From assembly GCA_040081625.1 (NCBI GenBank), contig JBEBGD010000111.1:1-18550 (forward strand): a stretch of 18,550 nucleotides of DNA. The letters are read 5' to 3'. Of the stretch, positions 17,424 to 18,550 are shown piece by piece. The stretch is from Chthoniobacteraceae bacterium (GTDB lineage Bacteria; Verrucomicrobiota; Verrucomicrobiia; Chthoniobacterales; Chthoniobacteraceae). The notes under the pieces are model-generated. The model was not told the DNA's origin. It worked only from the letters and a program-made list of their open reading frames with translations, and made no database searches. Numbering within the stretch: the stretch's first letter is position 1; the number at the start of each line of letters is the position of its first letter. A program made the translations under genes and the position numbers.

Positions 17424-18253
17424 TTGGTGAGTTTGGTTCCGGTGAGCAGTTCGATTTCGGCGATGGCGTTGAGTGCGTCGGCTTGCGTGGCGTAGATGGC
17501 TTCAAGCGCTTCGAGATAGCTCGATTGCACTTCGAGGTAAGTGGACAGCGGCACGGCCCCGAGCCGGTAGTGCCGGTCGGCGAGCGTCGCGGCTTCGCGC
17601 AGTTGGTCGGCGACCTTCGGATTCCAGCGCGCCATTTCCTTTCGATGCACCGCGTAGTCCGCGGCGTGCGTGCGCAGCTTGCGTTCGACTTCGCGCTGCG
17701 CGAGGCGCAGCGAAGTCTGCGCCTGAAGTTCGCGCGCCTTCGCCGCTTCGACGTTGCCCGCGTTGCGATTCCACAGCGGCAGCGGGAGCGAGACACCGAC
17801 GCTCGCGACCGTCTCCTTCTCGCCCGCCTTCTCCTGCGTGAACTGCGGCCCGATCGTGATGCTCGGCCATGCTTCGTTTTCGCTGAGCCGGACTTTGAAG
17901 CCTTGCTGTTCGAGTTCGATCGCGCGTTGCCGCAATTCAAAGTTCCCCGCTGCCGCCCGGCGGATCAGTTCCTCGACCGCGGGCAGCTCGACGAAATTCG
18001 GCGCGACCTCGAGGATCAGCACGCGCTCACCGATTGGCCGCCCTCGCAATTGGTTGAGTTCAAACAATGCCTCCAGCGCCTCGTGCGCGGCTTCGCTCGC
18101 CGCCCGGCGTTGCTTGATCACCGCCGCCTCGATCGCGCGCATCTCGACCAGCGGCGCCACGCCCGCCGGCTCGCGTTGCACGATAGTGGCGACAAGTTCT
18201 TCGCCTCGCGCCGCGATCTCGCCCGCCGCCGATTCGCGCCGCTGCGCGGCGAA
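17420..18253 (-). pseudogene. TolC/CzcC-family outer-membrane factor, 5'-truncated (C-terminal ~277 codons only)
   Basis: LPLPLWNRNAGNV and RHYRLGAVPLSTYLE are OMF motifs. The frame extends upstream of GTG 18181 (FAAQRRESAAGEIAARGEELVATIVQRE) to an in-frame TAG at 18269-18271. No signal peptide or N-terminal ALxxNP repeat is present. Confidence 0.75.
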
Positions 18254-18268
18254 AGCCCCGCGCGGCGG

Positions 18269-18550
18269 CTAGCGCCCGACCAGCGCGGCGACGTGCCGCA
18301 GCACCTCGGCCACGCTCCACGCCTGCGAGCGCGTGCCGCCGCCGCCCTGGCGCCGGGGAAGCGCCGGGACGACGGGACCGAGCCCTTCCGCGTCGTCGAG
18401 CGAGAACGAGAGCAGGCGAGGCGACGGCGAGCCGCCGTCGAAGACTTCCGGCAGCGAGCCTTCGGGCGAGCCCGCGAGATGCTCCGCGAGCGGCGCGAGC
18501 AGGCCCTTCGCCTCGGCGCGGATGCGCATGACGCCCCAGCCCTCGTCGCG
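18269..18550 (-). CDS. 3' end of an unrelated hypothetical protein running off the window
   Basis: Open frame from 18550 (RDEGWGVMRIRAEAKG...VAALVGR*) with strong GC3 bias and no recognisable TolC similarity. Confidence 0.55.
   Translation of the reverse strand, partial: RDEGWGVMRIRAEAKGLLAPLAEHLAGSPEGSLPEVFDGGSPSPRLLSFSLDDAEGLGPVVPALPRRQGGGGTRSQAWSVAEVLRHVAALVGR

Overview
GC-rich bacterial heavy-metal resistance island; the A/C-rich, mostly SD-less leaders and the gene content suggest Verrucomicrobia, but that is only an inference. The 3' part of a Cu(I)-type P1B ATPase on + converges on a ~17 kb minus-strand gene string. In transcription order this string reads: end of an unrelated ORF | 5'-truncated TolC/CzcC - short lipoprotein adaptor - CzcA (DFG..DG..EN type) - exported Cys-motif protein A | Cys/His-rich leader-like ORF - CzcC - DUF3147-like membrane protein - adaptor with C-terminal His-rich linker and TM anchor - second HME-RND (AIG..DD..EN type) - exported Cys-motif protein B | secreted beta-propeller - CzcD - Zn/Cd P1B-2 ATPase - small periplasmic helical protein. 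Most notable: (1) each of two divergent RND pumps is followed by a paralogous exported protein ending in CxxCxxxEYACxC, with a shared 16-nt A/C-rich upstream element and a downstream hairpin; (2) both adaptors appear to lack the alpha-helical hairpin; (3) a CruR/CutF/CzcI-like candidate metal-sensing leader ORF precedes the second pump; (4) an abrupt junction near 18255-18270 truncates the first TolC gene.
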